From positions 9,424,001-9,488,000 of the forward strand of contig OZ024756.1 of NCBI GenBank assembly GCA_964016885.1: a DNA stretch of 64,000 nt, in the 5' to 3' direction. Source of the DNA: Eledone cirrhosa. Its lineage: Eukaryota. Of this stretch, positions 40,807 through 53,245 are shown piece by piece. Below the pieces are notes generated by a model. That model saw nothing but the letters and a program-made list of their open reading frames with translations, did not search any database and was not told the origin of the DNA. Numbering within the stretch: position 1 is the stretch's first letter; every line of letters starts with the position of its first letter. Made by a program: the position numbers and the translations under genes.

Positions 40807-42160
40807 GCAACAGGAGTAACAGAAACAGTAGGAACAACAACAATAACAACTGGAACAACAACAACAACAGCAACAGCAACAACAGTAACAACAACAACAG
40901 TAACAACAACAATAACAACTGGAACAACAACAACAACAGCAACAGCAACAACAGTAACAACAACAGTAACAACAACAACAGCAACAGCAACAGGAGTAAC
41001 AACAACAACAACAGCAACAGCAACAGGAGTAACAGCAGCAACAACAACAGCAACAACAACTGGAATAACAACAACAACAACAACAACATATTGCGGTTGT
41101 ATTAACGAGAATTCACAAAAATGTGCAAAAGAAAGTAAAACACTTCCTCTGGTATTTGTCATAACACCTCGTTCTTTACTGGAATGGTACTGGTGGTGGT
41201 AGTGGTGGTGGTGGTAGTGGTGGTGGTGGTGGTAGTAGTGGTAGTGGTGGTGGTAGTGGTGTTAGTATGGTGGTAGTGGTGGTAGTAGTGGTGGTGGTAG
41301 TGTGGTGGTACTGTTGTTGTTGGTGGTGGTACTGTTGTTGTTGGTGGTAGTGGTAGTGGTGGTGGTGGTGTGGTGGTAGTGGTGGTAGTGGTGGTGGTAG
41401 TGGTGGTGGTGGTAGTGGTGGTGGTGGTGGTAGTGTGGCGGTAGTGGTGGTAGTGGTGGTGGTAGTGGTGGTGGTGGTAGTGGTAGTGGTGGTGGTGGTA
41501 GTGTGGTGGTAGTGGTGGTAGTGGTGGTGGTAGTGGTGGTGGTGGTGGTAGTGTGGTGGTAGTGGTGGTGGTAGTGGTGGTGGTGGTGGTAGTGTGGTGG
41601 TAGTGGTAGTAGTGGTGGTGGTGGTGTGGTGGTGTGGTGGTGTGGTGGTGATAGTGTGGTGGTAGTGGTGGTGGTGTGGTGGTGGTCGTAGTGGTGGTGA
41701 TAGTGTGGTGGTAGTGGTAGTGGTAGTAGTGGTAGTGGCAGTATTTGTAGTAGTGGTGGTAGTGGTAGTAGTAGTGGTAGTGGTAGTAGTGTTAGTGGCA
41801 GTAGTTGTAGTAGTGGTGGTAGTGGTAGTAGTAGTGGCAGTAGTTGTAGTAGTGGTGGTAGTGGTAGTAGTAGTGGCAGTAGTTGTAGTAGTGGTGGTAG
41901 TGGTAGTGTAGTGGTAATAGTACAATAGTTATATAACCAGTCACTAAACAGCCCACCCCCATTGAAACACATCCTTATCACATCTCTACCAAAATTCTAA
42001 TTAGGCTTCCTCTATCTTGCTGTAGCGTTGTTGTTGTTGTTACTGTTGTTGTTGTTGTTACCTGTTGTTGTTGTTGTTACTGCTACTACTGCTGCTATTG
42101 TTTCCCCCGCCGCCGCTGTCGTCGTTGTTGTTATTGTTACTGTTGTTGTTGTTGTTGTTT
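40735..42160. repeat. (AAC)n, (GGT/AGT)n and (GTT)n compound microsatellites
   Basis: Blocks at 40735-41090, 41190-41920 and 42028-42160. Confidence 0.95.
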
Positions 42161-42252
42161 GCATCTTACAACAAAAGGAATAATTTACTTTTGCTAAATT
42201 GATGAATTCTTATTTAATTTTTCATCTATTTATTGGCATGAGCGTGGAAACA

Positions 42253-42302
<50 letters not shown>

Positions 42303-42655
42303 CACACATATACATATATGTATGTATATATATATACGCACACACACACACACACACACACACATACATATATATATGTATACACAAACAAACACACACA
42401 CACATATATATATATATACATATATATGTATACATACATATATATATATATAGAGAGAGAGAAAGAAAGGAAGAGAGAGAATGAATCCCCTAGAGGGTTC
42501 CAATCTATATTTTTATCTAAGTTTCTTCATGTGGTCCCTCCCCCCATCTCCACCATCGCCACCACTATTAGGGATTTTTGTTTTGTTTTTATTTTTATTG
42601 TTCGCCATTTTGTTTTTGGTCTTATTATTTTCCTTTCTTACAATTTTACATTTTC

Positions 42656-45420
42656 ATATAAACCCACACTACATCAACAACCATATAGGTCCTTAATCTT
42701 TATATAAACCCACACTACATCAACCACCATACACGGCCCTTAATCTTTATATAAACCCACACTACATCAACAACCATATAGGTCCTTAATCTTTATATAA
42801 ACCCACACTATATCAACCACCATACACGATCCTTAATCTTTATATAAACCCACACTACATCAACTACCATACACGGCTCTTAATCTTTATATAAATCCAC
42901 ACTACATCAACTACCATACACGGCCCTTAATCTTTATATAAACCCACACTACATCAACCACCATACACGGCCCTTAATCTTTATATAAACCCACACTACA
43001 TCAACTACCATACACGGCCCTTAATCTTTATATAAACCCACACTACATCAACTACTATACACGGCCCTTAATCTTTATATAAACCCACACTACATCAACC
43101 ACCATACACGGCCCTTAATCTTTATATAAACCCACACTACATCAACAACCATATAGGTCCTTAATCTTTATATAAACCCACACTATATCAACCACCATAC
43201 ACGATCCTTAATCTTTATATAAACCCACACTACATCAACTACCATACACGGCCCTTAATCTTTATATAAACCCACACTACATCAACTACCATACACGGCC
43301 CTTAATCTTTATATAAACCCACACTACATCAACCACCATACACGGCCCTTAATCTTTATATAAACCGACACTACATCAACTACCATACTCGGCCCTTAAT
43401 CTTTATATAAACCCACACTACATCAACCAACATACACGGTCCTTAATCTTTATATAAACCCACACTACATCAACTACTATACACGGCCCTTAATCTTTAT
43501 ATAAACCCACACTACATCAACTACCATACACGGCCCTTAATCTTTATATAAACCCACACTACATCAACCAACATATAGGTCCTTAATCTTTATATAAACC
43601 GACACTGCATCAACCAACATACACGGCCCTTAATCTTTATATAAACCCACACTACGTCAACTACCATACAAGGCCCTTAACCTTTATATAAACCCACACT
43701 ACATCAACTACCATACACGGCCCTTAATCTTTATAGAAACCCACACTACATCAACCACCATACACGGCCCTTAATCTTTATATAAACCGACACTACATCA
43801 ACCAACATACAGCCCCTTAATCTTTATATAAACACACACTACATCAACTACCATACAACCCTTTAATTTTTATATAAACCCACACTACATCAACCAACAT
43901 ACACGGTCCTTAATCTTTATATAAACCCACACTACATCAACCAACATACAGCCCCTTAATCTTTATATAAACCCACACTACATCGACTACCATACACGGC
44001 CCTTAATCTTTATATAAACCCACACTACATCAACTACCATATACGGTCCTTAATCTTTATATAAACCCACACTACATCAACCAACATACACGGCCCTTAA
44101 TCTTTATATAAACCCACACTACATCAACTACCATACACTGCCCTTAATCTTTATATAAACCCACACTACATCAACTACCATACACGGCCCTTAATCTTTA
44201 TATAAACCCACACTACATCAACCACGATACACGGCCCTTAATCTTTATATAAACCCACACTACATCAACCACCATACAGCCCTTAATCTTTATATAAACC
44301 CACACTACATCAACCAACATACACGGCCCTTAATCTTTATATAAACCCACACTACATCAACCGACATACACGGCCCTTAATCTTTATATAAACCCACACT
44401 ACATCAACCACCATACACGGCCCTTAATCTTTATATAAACCCACACTACATCAACCACCATACACGGCCCTTAATCTTTATATAAACCCACACTACATCA
44501 ACCAACATACACGGCCCTTAATCTTTATATAAACCCACACTACATCAACCAACATACAGCCCCTTAATCTTTATATAAACCCACACTACATCAACCAACA
44601 TACAGCCCCTTAATCTTTATATAAACCCACACTACATCAACCAACATACACGGCCCTTAATCTTTATATAAACCCACACTACATCAACCACCATACACGG
44701 CCCTTAATCTTTATATAAACCCACACTACATCAACCACCATACACGGCCCTTAATCTTTATATAAACCCACACTACATCAACCAATATACACGGCCCTTA
44801 ATCTTTATATAAACCCACACTACATCAACCAACATACAGCCCCTTAATCTTTATATAAACCCACACTACATCAACCAACATACAGCCCCTTAATCTTTAT
44901 ATAAACCCACACTACATCAACCAACATACAGCCCCTTAATCTTTATATAAACCCACACTACATCAACCAACATACAGCCCCTTAATCTTTATATAAACCC
45001 ACACTACATCAACCACCATACACGGCCCTTAATCTTTATATAAACCCACACTACATCAACCAGCATACACGGCCCTTAATCTTTATATAAACCCACACTA
45101 CATCAACCAACATACAGCCCCTTAATCTTTATATAAACCCACACTACATCAACCAACATACAGCCCCTTAATCTTTATATAAACCCACACTACATCAACC
45201 AACATACAGCCCCTTAATCTTTATATAAACCCACACTACATCAACCAACATACAGCCCCTTAATCTTTATATAAACCCACACTACATCAACCAACATACA
45301 CGGCCCTTAATCTTTATATAAACCCACACTACATCAACCACCATACACGGCCCTTAATCTTTATATAAACCCACACTACATCAACCACCATACACGGCCC
45401 TTAATCTTTAATATAAACCT
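42656..45420. repeat. 47-bp minisatellite (45-46-bp variants), ~59 units
   Basis: Unit TATAAACCCACACTACATCAACCACCATACACGGCCCTTAATCTTTA. Confidence 0.95.
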
Positions 45421-45456
45421 GTGTGCTTCATAAAGAAATCATTATTAGTAGTATTG

Positions 45457-46125
45457 TATTGGATTAGCAGAATCGGTAGAGCGTCGGACAACATGCTTTG
45501 CGGCATAGAGTTATGTCTCTTTACGTTCTGAGTTCAAATCCCGCCGAGGTTAGCTTTGCCTTTCATCCTTACCGGGTCTATGAAATAAAGTACCAGTAAT
45601 GCACTGAGATCATTTAATCGACTTTTCCCTCCACCTCAAATTACTGGCCTTGTGCCTCAAGTAGAAACAATTATTATTATTATTATTGCTCTCTAAATGG
45701 CTGGGGATTATCAGTATTGGTAGAGGGTCGGACGCCATGCTTTGCAGCATAGAGTTACGGCCCTTTATGGTCTGAGTTCAAATCCCGCCGAGGTTAACTT
45801 TGCGTTTCCTCCTTACGGGGTCGATAAAATAAAATACCAGTCACGCACTGGGGTCGATTTAATCGACTTTCCCCTCCCCCAAAATTGCTGGCCTTGTGCC
45901 TATATAAGAAACCATTATTATTGCTCTCTAAGAGTGGATTGGCAGTATCGGTGGAGGGTCAGACGCCATGCTTTCTAGCATAGTTACGTCCCTTAACGAT
46001 CTGAGTTCAAATCCCGCCGAGGTTGACTTTGCCTTTTATCCTTACGGGGTCGATAAAATAAAGTACCAGTAATGCACTGGGTAATTGCTGGCCTTGTGCC
46101 TAAAGTAGAAACAATTATTGCTCTC
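45457..46125 (+). mobile_element. Three head-to-tail tRNA-derived SINEs with a Deu/Nin-type domain
   Basis: Each has GAGTTCAAATCCCGCCGAGG (B box), then TTTGCCTTTCATCCTTACGGGGTCGATAAAATAAAGTACCAG-like sequence, and a GGCCTTGTGCC..AGAAACAATTATT-like end. Confidence 0.85.
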
Positions 46126-46644
46126 TAAGAGTTAATCATTTCTCGTTTCACAGAATTTTTCTGTCCGAATTTAAAACAAAGACAAAAAAACAACAACAAA
46201 AAAATAAGAATAAAAAGAAAAACAGTTATTTCCTCTCTCTTAAATTTTCCATTTTCCCATTTCTTAATGAGGTGAAAACTGCTGACGTCTTATCACAAAC
46301 ATATCTACTTTTCACCGATAATTTACAGTTTCAGATGTGTTTAGTCTTAACGGACAATGTTAATGGTATATGGAGGCCCCACGAGACATTTATGACTAAT
46401 ACATGAAGGGCAAATAATGAAAGCAAAAGTCATCATAGGTTTAGAAACTAAAATGATAAAACCACTCCTTGTCACATTTTCTAAAGAAAGACTGTGTTTA
46501 AGTTTTTCAAATCCATTTTGAAAATAATGAAACATTTGAAGGGATTTAGTATTATAACGAACTTTCTTAGTATTTATATGGTGTTTGAAGTATAACTTAA
46601 CAAAGACATTTATCATGGGAAGTTTTTACACAAATATTTATATT

Positions 46645-47595
46645 TTAACCCTTTAGCATTAACATTACTCTATATTTACTATTGTATTTTCACAGTAAAG
46701 GCTTTACCTCACATAATATCTCACATAACATTTACATTACTCTATATATACTATTGTATTTTCACAGTAAAGGCTTTACTCCACATAATATCTCACATAA
46801 CATTTACATTACTCTATATATACTATTGTATTTTCACAGTAAAGGCTTAACCTCACATAATATCTCACATAACATTTACATTACTCTATATATACTATTG
46901 TATTTTCACAGTAAAGGCTTTACCTCACATAATATATCACATAACATTTACATTACTCTATATATACTATTATATTTTCACAGTAAAGTCTTTACCTCAC
47001 ATAATATCTCACATAACATTTACATTACTCTATATATACTATTGTATTTTCACAGTAAAGGCTTTACCTCACATAATATCTCACATAACATTTACATTAC
47101 TCTATATATACTATTGTATTTTCACAGTAAAGGCTTAACCTCACATAATATCTCAGATAACATTTACATTACTCTATATATACTATTGTATTTTCACAGT
47201 AAAGGCTTAACCTCACATAATATCTCACATAACATTTACATTACTCTATATATACTATTGTATTTTCACAGTAAAGGCTTTACCTCACATAATATCTCAC
47301 ATAACATTTACATTACTCAATATATACTATTGTATTTTCACAGTAAAGGCTTTACCCCACATAATATCTCACATAACATTTACATTACTCTATATATACT
47401 ATTGTATTTTCACAGTAAAGGCTTCACCTCACATAATATCTCACATAACATTTACATTACTCTATATATACTATTGTATTTTCACAGTAAAGGCTTTACC
47501 CCACATAATATCTCACATAACATTTACATTACTCTATATATACTATTGTATTTTCACAGTAAAGGTTTTACCTCACATAATATCTCACATAACAT
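46645..47595 (+). repeat. Left end of a piggyBac-type MITE (TTAA|CCCTTTAGCATT) followed by 13 units of the 72-bp satellite
   Basis: Unit ACTCTATATATACTATTGTATTTTCACAGTAAAGGCTTTACCTCACATAATATCTCACATAACATTTACATT. From 46667 to the insertion point is 13x72 minus 7 bp. Confidence 0.92.
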
Positions 47596-47806
47596 CTCGT
47601 ATACGAGAGACGTGTGTTGACGTGTGTGAACAAGCTCGGCTACCGAGTCGGATTTACTTACTCAAAAAGTGAGTTTTGATTAATTTTTTTATACTGTAAT
47701 ATACGTTAACCCCTTGCCTTGGTCGTCAAACTTTGAGTTTATTTATTTTCGCCCCTTTTTGGGGCGAATTTTCCAGTTAAAAATTTATTACGGCAAACTA
47801 ATAGAA

Positions 47807-49549
47807 ATGGACGGAATTTTCACATCTCATCCTAACGTGAAAGCCACGCCCCCTAAGAAAGGTGATACAGAGAAGCTAGAAGCACAAGGCTCTAAGTCTT
47901 CCCTCCTGACTTCTGCAAAAGAAACATGGAACACGGAATTAAAAGAAAAATTTGTAGAAATGGGTGAAAACCCAGAAAGTCACATAAACGCAGACAAAAA
48001 CATCAACGACAATAACAGCAATAGTCACAACACCAACCAAGGAAAAAATAACGATAACACCAAACAAAGTGAACCCACTACTGGTACCTCCTTTGCACAG
48101 GCGGTCCGGAAAACACAAACCTGCAAGCAACTGGACATTACAACTCTGAGAGAAAAGATGAAGGAAGCGAAACAGTATGTAACTTTCAAAGAAGGAGGAG
48201 ACTTCACAATCACCTCCCCACAAGAAATCAAAAGAGACACGACGCTAAGAACGATATCTTTCAGAACAATTTCCAACATAACAAGGAAACCAACTCAATT
48301 ATCCCAAAAAGAGATTGAGCTGGTCCTAAAAAATGTGTGGAGTGATATATCGTTCATACAAAAAGGGCCACTCTATGGGAATATAACGGTCCTAATGAAG
48401 GATCAATTGACGGCCAGGAAATACTCTGTGGCACCAATTGTTTCCAAGATATATACATTTTTCCCCACATATTTAGGGAAAAGAACGCAGAAGATAAGGG
48501 TCTCCGGAATCCGGCCAAATGCATGCATTTCCTGGGTACTAACAGGATTTTTAGAAGACGAGGACGGAATCCTCTCAGTAGGAGAAGTCACCACAGACGT
48601 TTTCGGCGGTTTGAGCGTGGAGGTTCTGGTCCAAATGAGACCAGAACGAATCGCTAGAATACCACAGAGGGTGTCCCTCGATGGAGAAACATTTATATAT
48701 ATTTCAGCCGAGGGTAGGAGGCCCATATGTTACTACTGTTCAAGCAGGGGTCATCTAAGGGCTGCTTGTCCTCAATTGACAAAAAAAAAGGCTCTTTTGC
48801 CTACACCCCACACACCACCACCGCCACCACCACCACCACCACCACCTCCACCACCACCACCACAACAACAACAAAAACAACAGGGAAAAATAACACAAGA
48901 CACGGCCCCACCCAAAACAACTCCCAAAACACACACAAATACAACAAAACCCCAAAATACACCACTACCCGACAGCACGGACGAGGACCCAGCGGAAACG
49001 GCACCTAGTGACGAAGAGGGGGAACCCTTCCAACCTGTAAAAAGGAAAAAAAGAAAGCACCACTCGAACATAAACGAAACAAACACACAACCACCAACAA
49101 AAACAAAACAAACAGAACAAACAAAATCCGCCCCACCCCAAAACATAACACATACAACAAAACGTAAGCACACACAAGAACAACAAACAAACACAACACA
49201 AATAAAACAGTATACATACATTAACACAAATAACAAAGAACTAGTAAAAACAATACACAAAGACCCTTTGGTGGAAACTGAAGGGCAATTCTTTGCAAGC
49301 GCGGCCAACAAACCGCATTTAAAAATGATAAGACTCCCAATGGACACCTATGCAAAACTAAGAGAGAACTTTCCTGAGGACGTGGGGAAAACATGTACTC
49401 GACCCTATAACCGCGTCCTCTTGAAACGTTTCCCCACCCACACCTCACCAAACACCCCCACTCCACCACAGAACAACACCCCACCAAACAACCCCTCCAA
49501 TACGCCCATGGATATTGTGCAACCTGCTCCTCAGGAGCCGAACAGGTAG
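47807..49549 (+). CDS. LINE ORF1 (gag-like nucleic-acid-binding protein), copy 1
   Basis: Open frame; first ATG at 47807 (MDGIFTS), while the track start at 47714 is a TTG. Contains a CX2CX4HX4C zinc knuckle (CYYCSSRGHLRAAC), then a Pro/Thr/Gln-rich tail with basic KRKKRK. Confidence 0.9.
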   Translation: MDGIFTSHPNVKATPPKKGDTEKLEAQGSKSSLLTSAKETWNTELKEKFVEMGENPESHINADKNINDNNSNSHNTNQGKNNDNTKQSEPTTGTSFAQAVRKTQTCKQLDITTLREKMKEAKQYVTFKEGGDFTITSPQEIKRDTTLRTISFRTISNITRKPTQLSQKEIELVLKNVWSDISFIQKGPLYGNITVLMKDQLTARKYSVAPIVSKIYTFFPTYLGKRTQKIRVSGIRPNACISWVLTGFLEDEDGILSVGEVTTDVFGGLSVEVLVQMRPERIARIPQRVSLDGETFIYISAEGRRPICYYCSSRGHLRAACPQLTKKKALLPTPHTPPPPPPPPPPPPPPPPQQQQKQQGKITQDTAPPKTTPKTHTNTTKPQNTPLPDSTDEDPAETAPSDEEGEPFQPVKRKKRKHHSNINETNTQPPTKTKQTEQTKSAPPQNITHTTKRKHTQEQQTNTTQIKQYTYINTNNKELVKTIHKDPLVETEGQFFASAANKPHLKMIRLPMDTYAKLRENFPEDVGKTCTRPYNRVLLKRFPTHTSPNTPTPPQNNTPPNNPSNTPMDIVQPAPQEPNR

Positions 49550-49570
49550 GTCCTTCCTCTTTTAACCAAC

Positions 49571-52500
49571 ATGGCTGATATAAGAGTTGGGTTTCTGAAT
49601 GTACGTGGCCTGGGACTGTCTTGGAAACAAGGCAAACTTTTAAACGATCTCAGGTCACATAGAATGGATGTAATGGCTATTTGCGAGTCCAGGATCAGCA
49701 GCGAGCACCAACTGGCGCCCCTCTTCGACGACTTTGAGATCTTCGCATCTCTCTGTCAACCGGGGGGTGGGGGTGGAGTTGTCGTTCTGCTGCGAAAACA
49801 CCTGGGCCTCGCCATACAGAAGGTGCACCTGGACCCGGAGGGTCGACTGGTGGTTTTAGACGTCGGCAGTAGTGAAAGTGGAGCCCTTAGACTAATAGCT
49901 GTGTACGCCCCTTTTTGGGCAGCGCGGCCGGAATACTTCCAACGTCTGGAAACTTTTCTGGGAACGTCCCGCTCCTTGCTTTTAGTGGGGGACTGGAATG
50001 GTATCCTGGATGCACGTTGGGACTATGTAGGGGCATGTGCCAATAGAGGGGGGTGTAAAAGCCTCAAAAGGTTAATCGGCCGATTTGACCTGGCCGATAG
50101 ATATCGACTAGATTTTCCGACTGTACCACTATGGACGTGGACCAATCGCAGTGGAACATCTAGGTCGTACCTAGATAGGGTCCTAGTTAGAGAGAACGAT
50201 AGGGACACATTTAGCTGTCCAAAAATGTTCATGGTTGACTATTCGGATCACAAGTTAGTGACCTGCATAGCCAACCTTGATAGAACCCATAGACAGGGAC
50301 CCGGTTACTGGAAGCTGAACTTGTCCTTACCGAGAAGCAAAGCTTACAGTAAACGGATTAGCACGTTAGTTAAGCAGAATTTGACAGGGGCAATTGTCAA
50401 CAACAGGTGGTGGAGCTCTCTTAAGAGAGCAATTAGAATAGAATCGATAGGTTTTAGTCAGGAATTAGCAAGGGATAGGAACAAGACGGAAAGGGAATTA
50501 GTAGATAGAGTAGAAGAGGCGATTAGGAGTGGCAATGTAGCCGGCGTGCTGGCATCAAGAATGGCCTTAGACCAGTTCTTTGAGGTGAAGCATGAAGGCT
50601 GCGTTGTCAGGAGTAAAATACGTGCTCTGGGTAATGAGGGAGCCAAAGCTGTAAGCTGGGCCCGAGTGACAGAGGCAAAAAGTGGGAACAAGTCCACGAT
50701 TCGGTCTTTGAAGGACCAGAATGGGCGTGTGATCCTTGAACCTGGGCAGATGTGTGCGGCCTTTCAGCGGCACTTTGCACGACTGTTCGAGAGGGGCGGC
50801 GCGCCGGGTGAGACTATGGATTTCAATCCATACCTCGACGGTCTGCCGCGCCTCTCGGACGCGGAGGCGAAGTCCTGCGAAAGGACGATTTCAGCTGCTG
50901 AGATAGGGGCGGCGCTGAGCCAATGCGGCAAACGCAAATCCCCGGGTCTCGATGGTCTACCATACGAGCTATATGTAGCGATGCCGGACTTGTTCTCCGA
51001 TATCCTCGAAGCGGTCTACTGCAACTGGCAGCAGAACGGGAGAATTCCCAGTTCTGTGACCAAGGGCGTAGTTACGCTGGTGAGGAAGGATGAGAACAAG
51101 GGGGATGACATAAGTAACTTCAGGCCCATAACTCTGCTAAATACAGAGTTAAAGATTTTGGCCAAGGTGTTAGCGAAGAGGTTGGCGCTTGTCGTTGGAA
51201 ACCTGGTGGGAGAAGCGCAGACATGCGCAATCCCGTCCAGGTCCATTCACGACAATCTCCACCTTATGCGATACATCATAGAGAGGGTAGGGAATGAACC
51301 CGGCTTTGGTGGGGCCCTGATCAACTTGGATCAATCTAAAGCTTTCGATAGGGTTGACCATCGTTACCTGGATGCGGTGCTCGCGGCGGCAGGCTTCGGA
51401 CCCGTTTTCAGGGGTTGGATTGCTGCGATGCACAGCAGCAACGTCTGCTCAAGGGTCAAGGTGAACGGCCACCTCTCGGAGCCGTTCCAAATCATGCGAT
51501 CCATCCGACAGGGATGCCCTCTCTCCTCCCTACTGTATGTGCTGGCTCTTGAGCCACTACTGCGGAAGTTGGAGCGGTTGCAGGGCATCCCTTTGGAACC
51601 GGGATTGCAGAAAGCGGCGTCGGCCTACGCCGATGACGTGACAGTAATGGTGTCGAAAACCTCGCAAATCGGTGAGATCGGCACCTTACTGGAGGAATAT
51701 GAAAGGTTTACAGGAGCCAAGCTGAACCGGGACAAGTCCGTCGGTTTGCAACTCGGAACATGGAGAGGCAAACCGATGCCCTCCAACGACGTCGTCGGAC
51801 GCTGGACGGAGGGCCCGGTGAAGCTGCTTGGGGTCTGGTTCGGACCAGACCTCCAGGTGGAGAAAAACTGGAACGAGGTAACGGCCAGGGTGTTTGCACT
51901 CACCCAGAAGTGGGCCCAGTGCAAACTATCCCTGAAAGGTCGAGCGGAGGTGGCGAATACTTATATAGCATCCGTCATCTACTACCGCTTGACCGTCGTG
52001 CCTTGCCCAGTGAAAAGACTCGCCAAAATGGAGTGCGCGCTGTTCCAATTTCTTTGGAACAAGCGGACCCCTTTGGTGAGGAGATCCATCTGCTGTCAAC
52101 ACCCTTCGAAAGGAGGGCTGGGGATGCCGTGGCTACAGATGCGTAAACACGCATTAAGGCTACGGCACCTCCAGGTATTCCTCACCGGTCAACCGGTGTG
52201 GGCCCCGTTTGTGAGGCGAGCCTTTCCCAGACTCGTCTCGCTCACCGAGCTGCAATCCTGGGTCAAGCAAAGACCGAGAAAAGTGGGCGACTGGCACATT
52301 GAATGTGCCCAGGCGCTCACGGCCCTCTGGAAAGCGGACCCGGCAATCAGTGGAGACTCCACCTCGACATTCTATAGAGGGTTGGTACGCAGCAGGTGCG
52401 ACGATGCTCTCGGAGAAGCTCTAGGCATGGAGGAAGATGAACTGGCCAGTCTGTTCGGTAGGACGTTTGGCCCTGGACCGATGGACAACTTCCAAAAGTC

Positions 52501-53008
52501 CCTGGCTTGGCAGTGCTACCGAGGGGCTCTACCCGTTCGAGACAAGCTCCACAGGCATGGGAGCCTGGGTAGAGATCCTTTGAATAAGATCTGTCCGAGA
52601 TGCGTGCATGATGACGAAACCGTTGCGCACGCATTCGTACACTGCCCAGGCATTGCTGACCTGTGGGGCTATGTGGAACGACTACTGTCGAGGGTGGGAC
52701 CAATCTGGTTGACCACCGAGTCCATTGTCACGATCAAACCGCCTCCCCCTTTCAAAAACGAAGGAGAGGCGGTTTTTCTCTGTGTGGTAGCCATGGCTAA
52801 AGAAGTTGTATGGTGGACGAGGCTGAAAGGGCTGAGGTCAGACACCTTTCTCTCCGGCCAACAACTGGTCCCCTTTTTCAAATACCATTTTAAAAGAAGG
52901 ATCAGAATGGAGAGAGAGGTGCTCTACCCCAGCAAGTTTTATGAAAGGTGGGTGAAAGTAGGGAGAATGGCCAGAGTGAATGGGTCTTCTCTCTATATCA
53001 GCCTGTAG
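49571..53008 (+). CDS. LINE ORF2: APE endonuclease, reverse transcriptase and C-terminal zinc motif, copy 1 (1145 aa)
   Basis: APE motifs GFLNVRGL, ICESR, VGDWN, SYLDRV, YSDH. RT motifs SPGLDG, FRPITLLN, DQSKAFD, RQGCPLS, YADD. C-terminal CPRC..HAFVHC. GPGYWKLN and GGLG motifs are typical of L1/Tx1. Confidence 0.97.
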   Translation: MADIRVGFLNVRGLGLSWKQGKLLNDLRSHRMDVMAICESRISSEHQLAPLFDDFEIFASLCQPGGGGGVVVLLRKHLGLAIQKVHLDPEGRLVVLDVGSSESGALRLIAVYAPFWAARPEYFQRLETFLGTSRSLLLVGDWNGILDARWDYVGACANRGGCKSLKRLIGRFDLADRYRLDFPTVPLWTWTNRSGTSRSYLDRVLVRENDRDTFSCPKMFMVDYSDHKLVTCIANLDRTHRQGPGYWKLNLSLPRSKAYSKRISTLVKQNLTGAIVNNRWWSSLKRAIRIESIGFSQELARDRNKTERELVDRVEEAIRSGNVAGVLASRMALDQFFEVKHEGCVVRSKIRALGNEGAKAVSWARVTEAKSGNKSTIRSLKDQNGRVILEPGQMCAAFQRHFARLFERGGAPGETMDFNPYLDGLPRLSDAEAKSCERTISAAEIGAALSQCGKRKSPGLDGLPYELYVAMPDLFSDILEAVYCNWQQNGRIPSSVTKGVVTLVRKDENKGDDISNFRPITLLNTELKILAKVLAKRLALVVGNLVGEAQTCAIPSRSIHDNLHLMRYIIERVGNEPGFGGALINLDQSKAFDRVDHRYLDAVLAAAGFGPVFRGWIAAMHSSNVCSRVKVNGHLSEPFQIMRSIRQGCPLSSLLYVLALEPLLRKLERLQGIPLEPGLQKAASAYADDVTVMVSKTSQIGEIGTLLEEYERFTGAKLNRDKSVGLQLGTWRGKPMPSNDVVGRWTEGPVKLLGVWFGPDLQVEKNWNEVTARVFALTQKWAQCKLSLKGRAEVANTYIASVIYYRLTVVPCPVKRLAKMECALFQFLWNKRTPLVRRSICCQHPSKGGLGMPWLQMRKHALRLRHLQVFLTGQPVWAPFVRRAFPRLVSLTELQSWVKQRPRKVGDWHIECAQALTALWKADPAISGDSTSTFYRGLVRSRCDDALGEALGMEEDELASLFGRTFGPGPMDNFQKSLAWQCYRGALPVRDKLHRHGSLGRDPLNKICPRCVHDDETVAHAFVHCPGIADLWGYVERLLSRVGPIWLTTESIVTIKPPPPFKNEGEAVFLCVVAMAKEVVWWTRLKGLRSDTFLSGQQLVPFFKYHFKRRIRMEREVLYPSKFYERWVKVGRMARVNGSSLYISL

Positions 53009-53245
53009 GTGAAAGAAGAGGAAAAAGCGGAGACGAGGGAAGCACCTACTCTTTGTGCTCCTGAGGAGAAGGGTTACACATTTTTTCCGGGGTGTGTGCG
53101 ACCCATGTTAATGCCCCCTCCCTATTGAGGACTTCGTTTGTTGTTGTTATTTCATTGTTATATTTTTGTACTCGTTAATTATATGTAAACTTCCCCCCTT
53201 GTATCTGTCCCTACCTTTTGTGCCCTAGTGGCAAATAAAGAAACC

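Larger units (their letters stand above)
47596..53245 (+). mobile_element. Full-length Tx1/L1-clade non-LTR retrotransposon, copy 1 (5,650 bp), inserted in the 72-bp satellite
   Basis: Satellite stops at ...CACATAACAT (47595). The element then runs 5'UTR, ORF1, a 21-bp spacer, ORF2 (APE+RT+Zn motif) and a 3'UTR ending AATAAAGAAACC. Satellite resumes with ACTCTATATA at 53246. No poly(A) tail. Confidence 0.95.

Noticed and set aside
45457-45560. tRNA gene
   Set aside because: A/B-box-like motifs continue into a SINE body and no full cloverleaf is evident.
46347-46616. 89-aa minus-strand ORF (also 38128-38358 and 39379-39714)
   Set aside because: No motifs or splice support; length is compatible with chance.
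46682-47620. 312-aa repetitive ORF (also 53228-53767 and 18731-19260)
   Set aside because: The 72-bp satellite unit is a multiple of 3 and stop-free in some frames; the starts are non-ATG and there is no other coding evidence.
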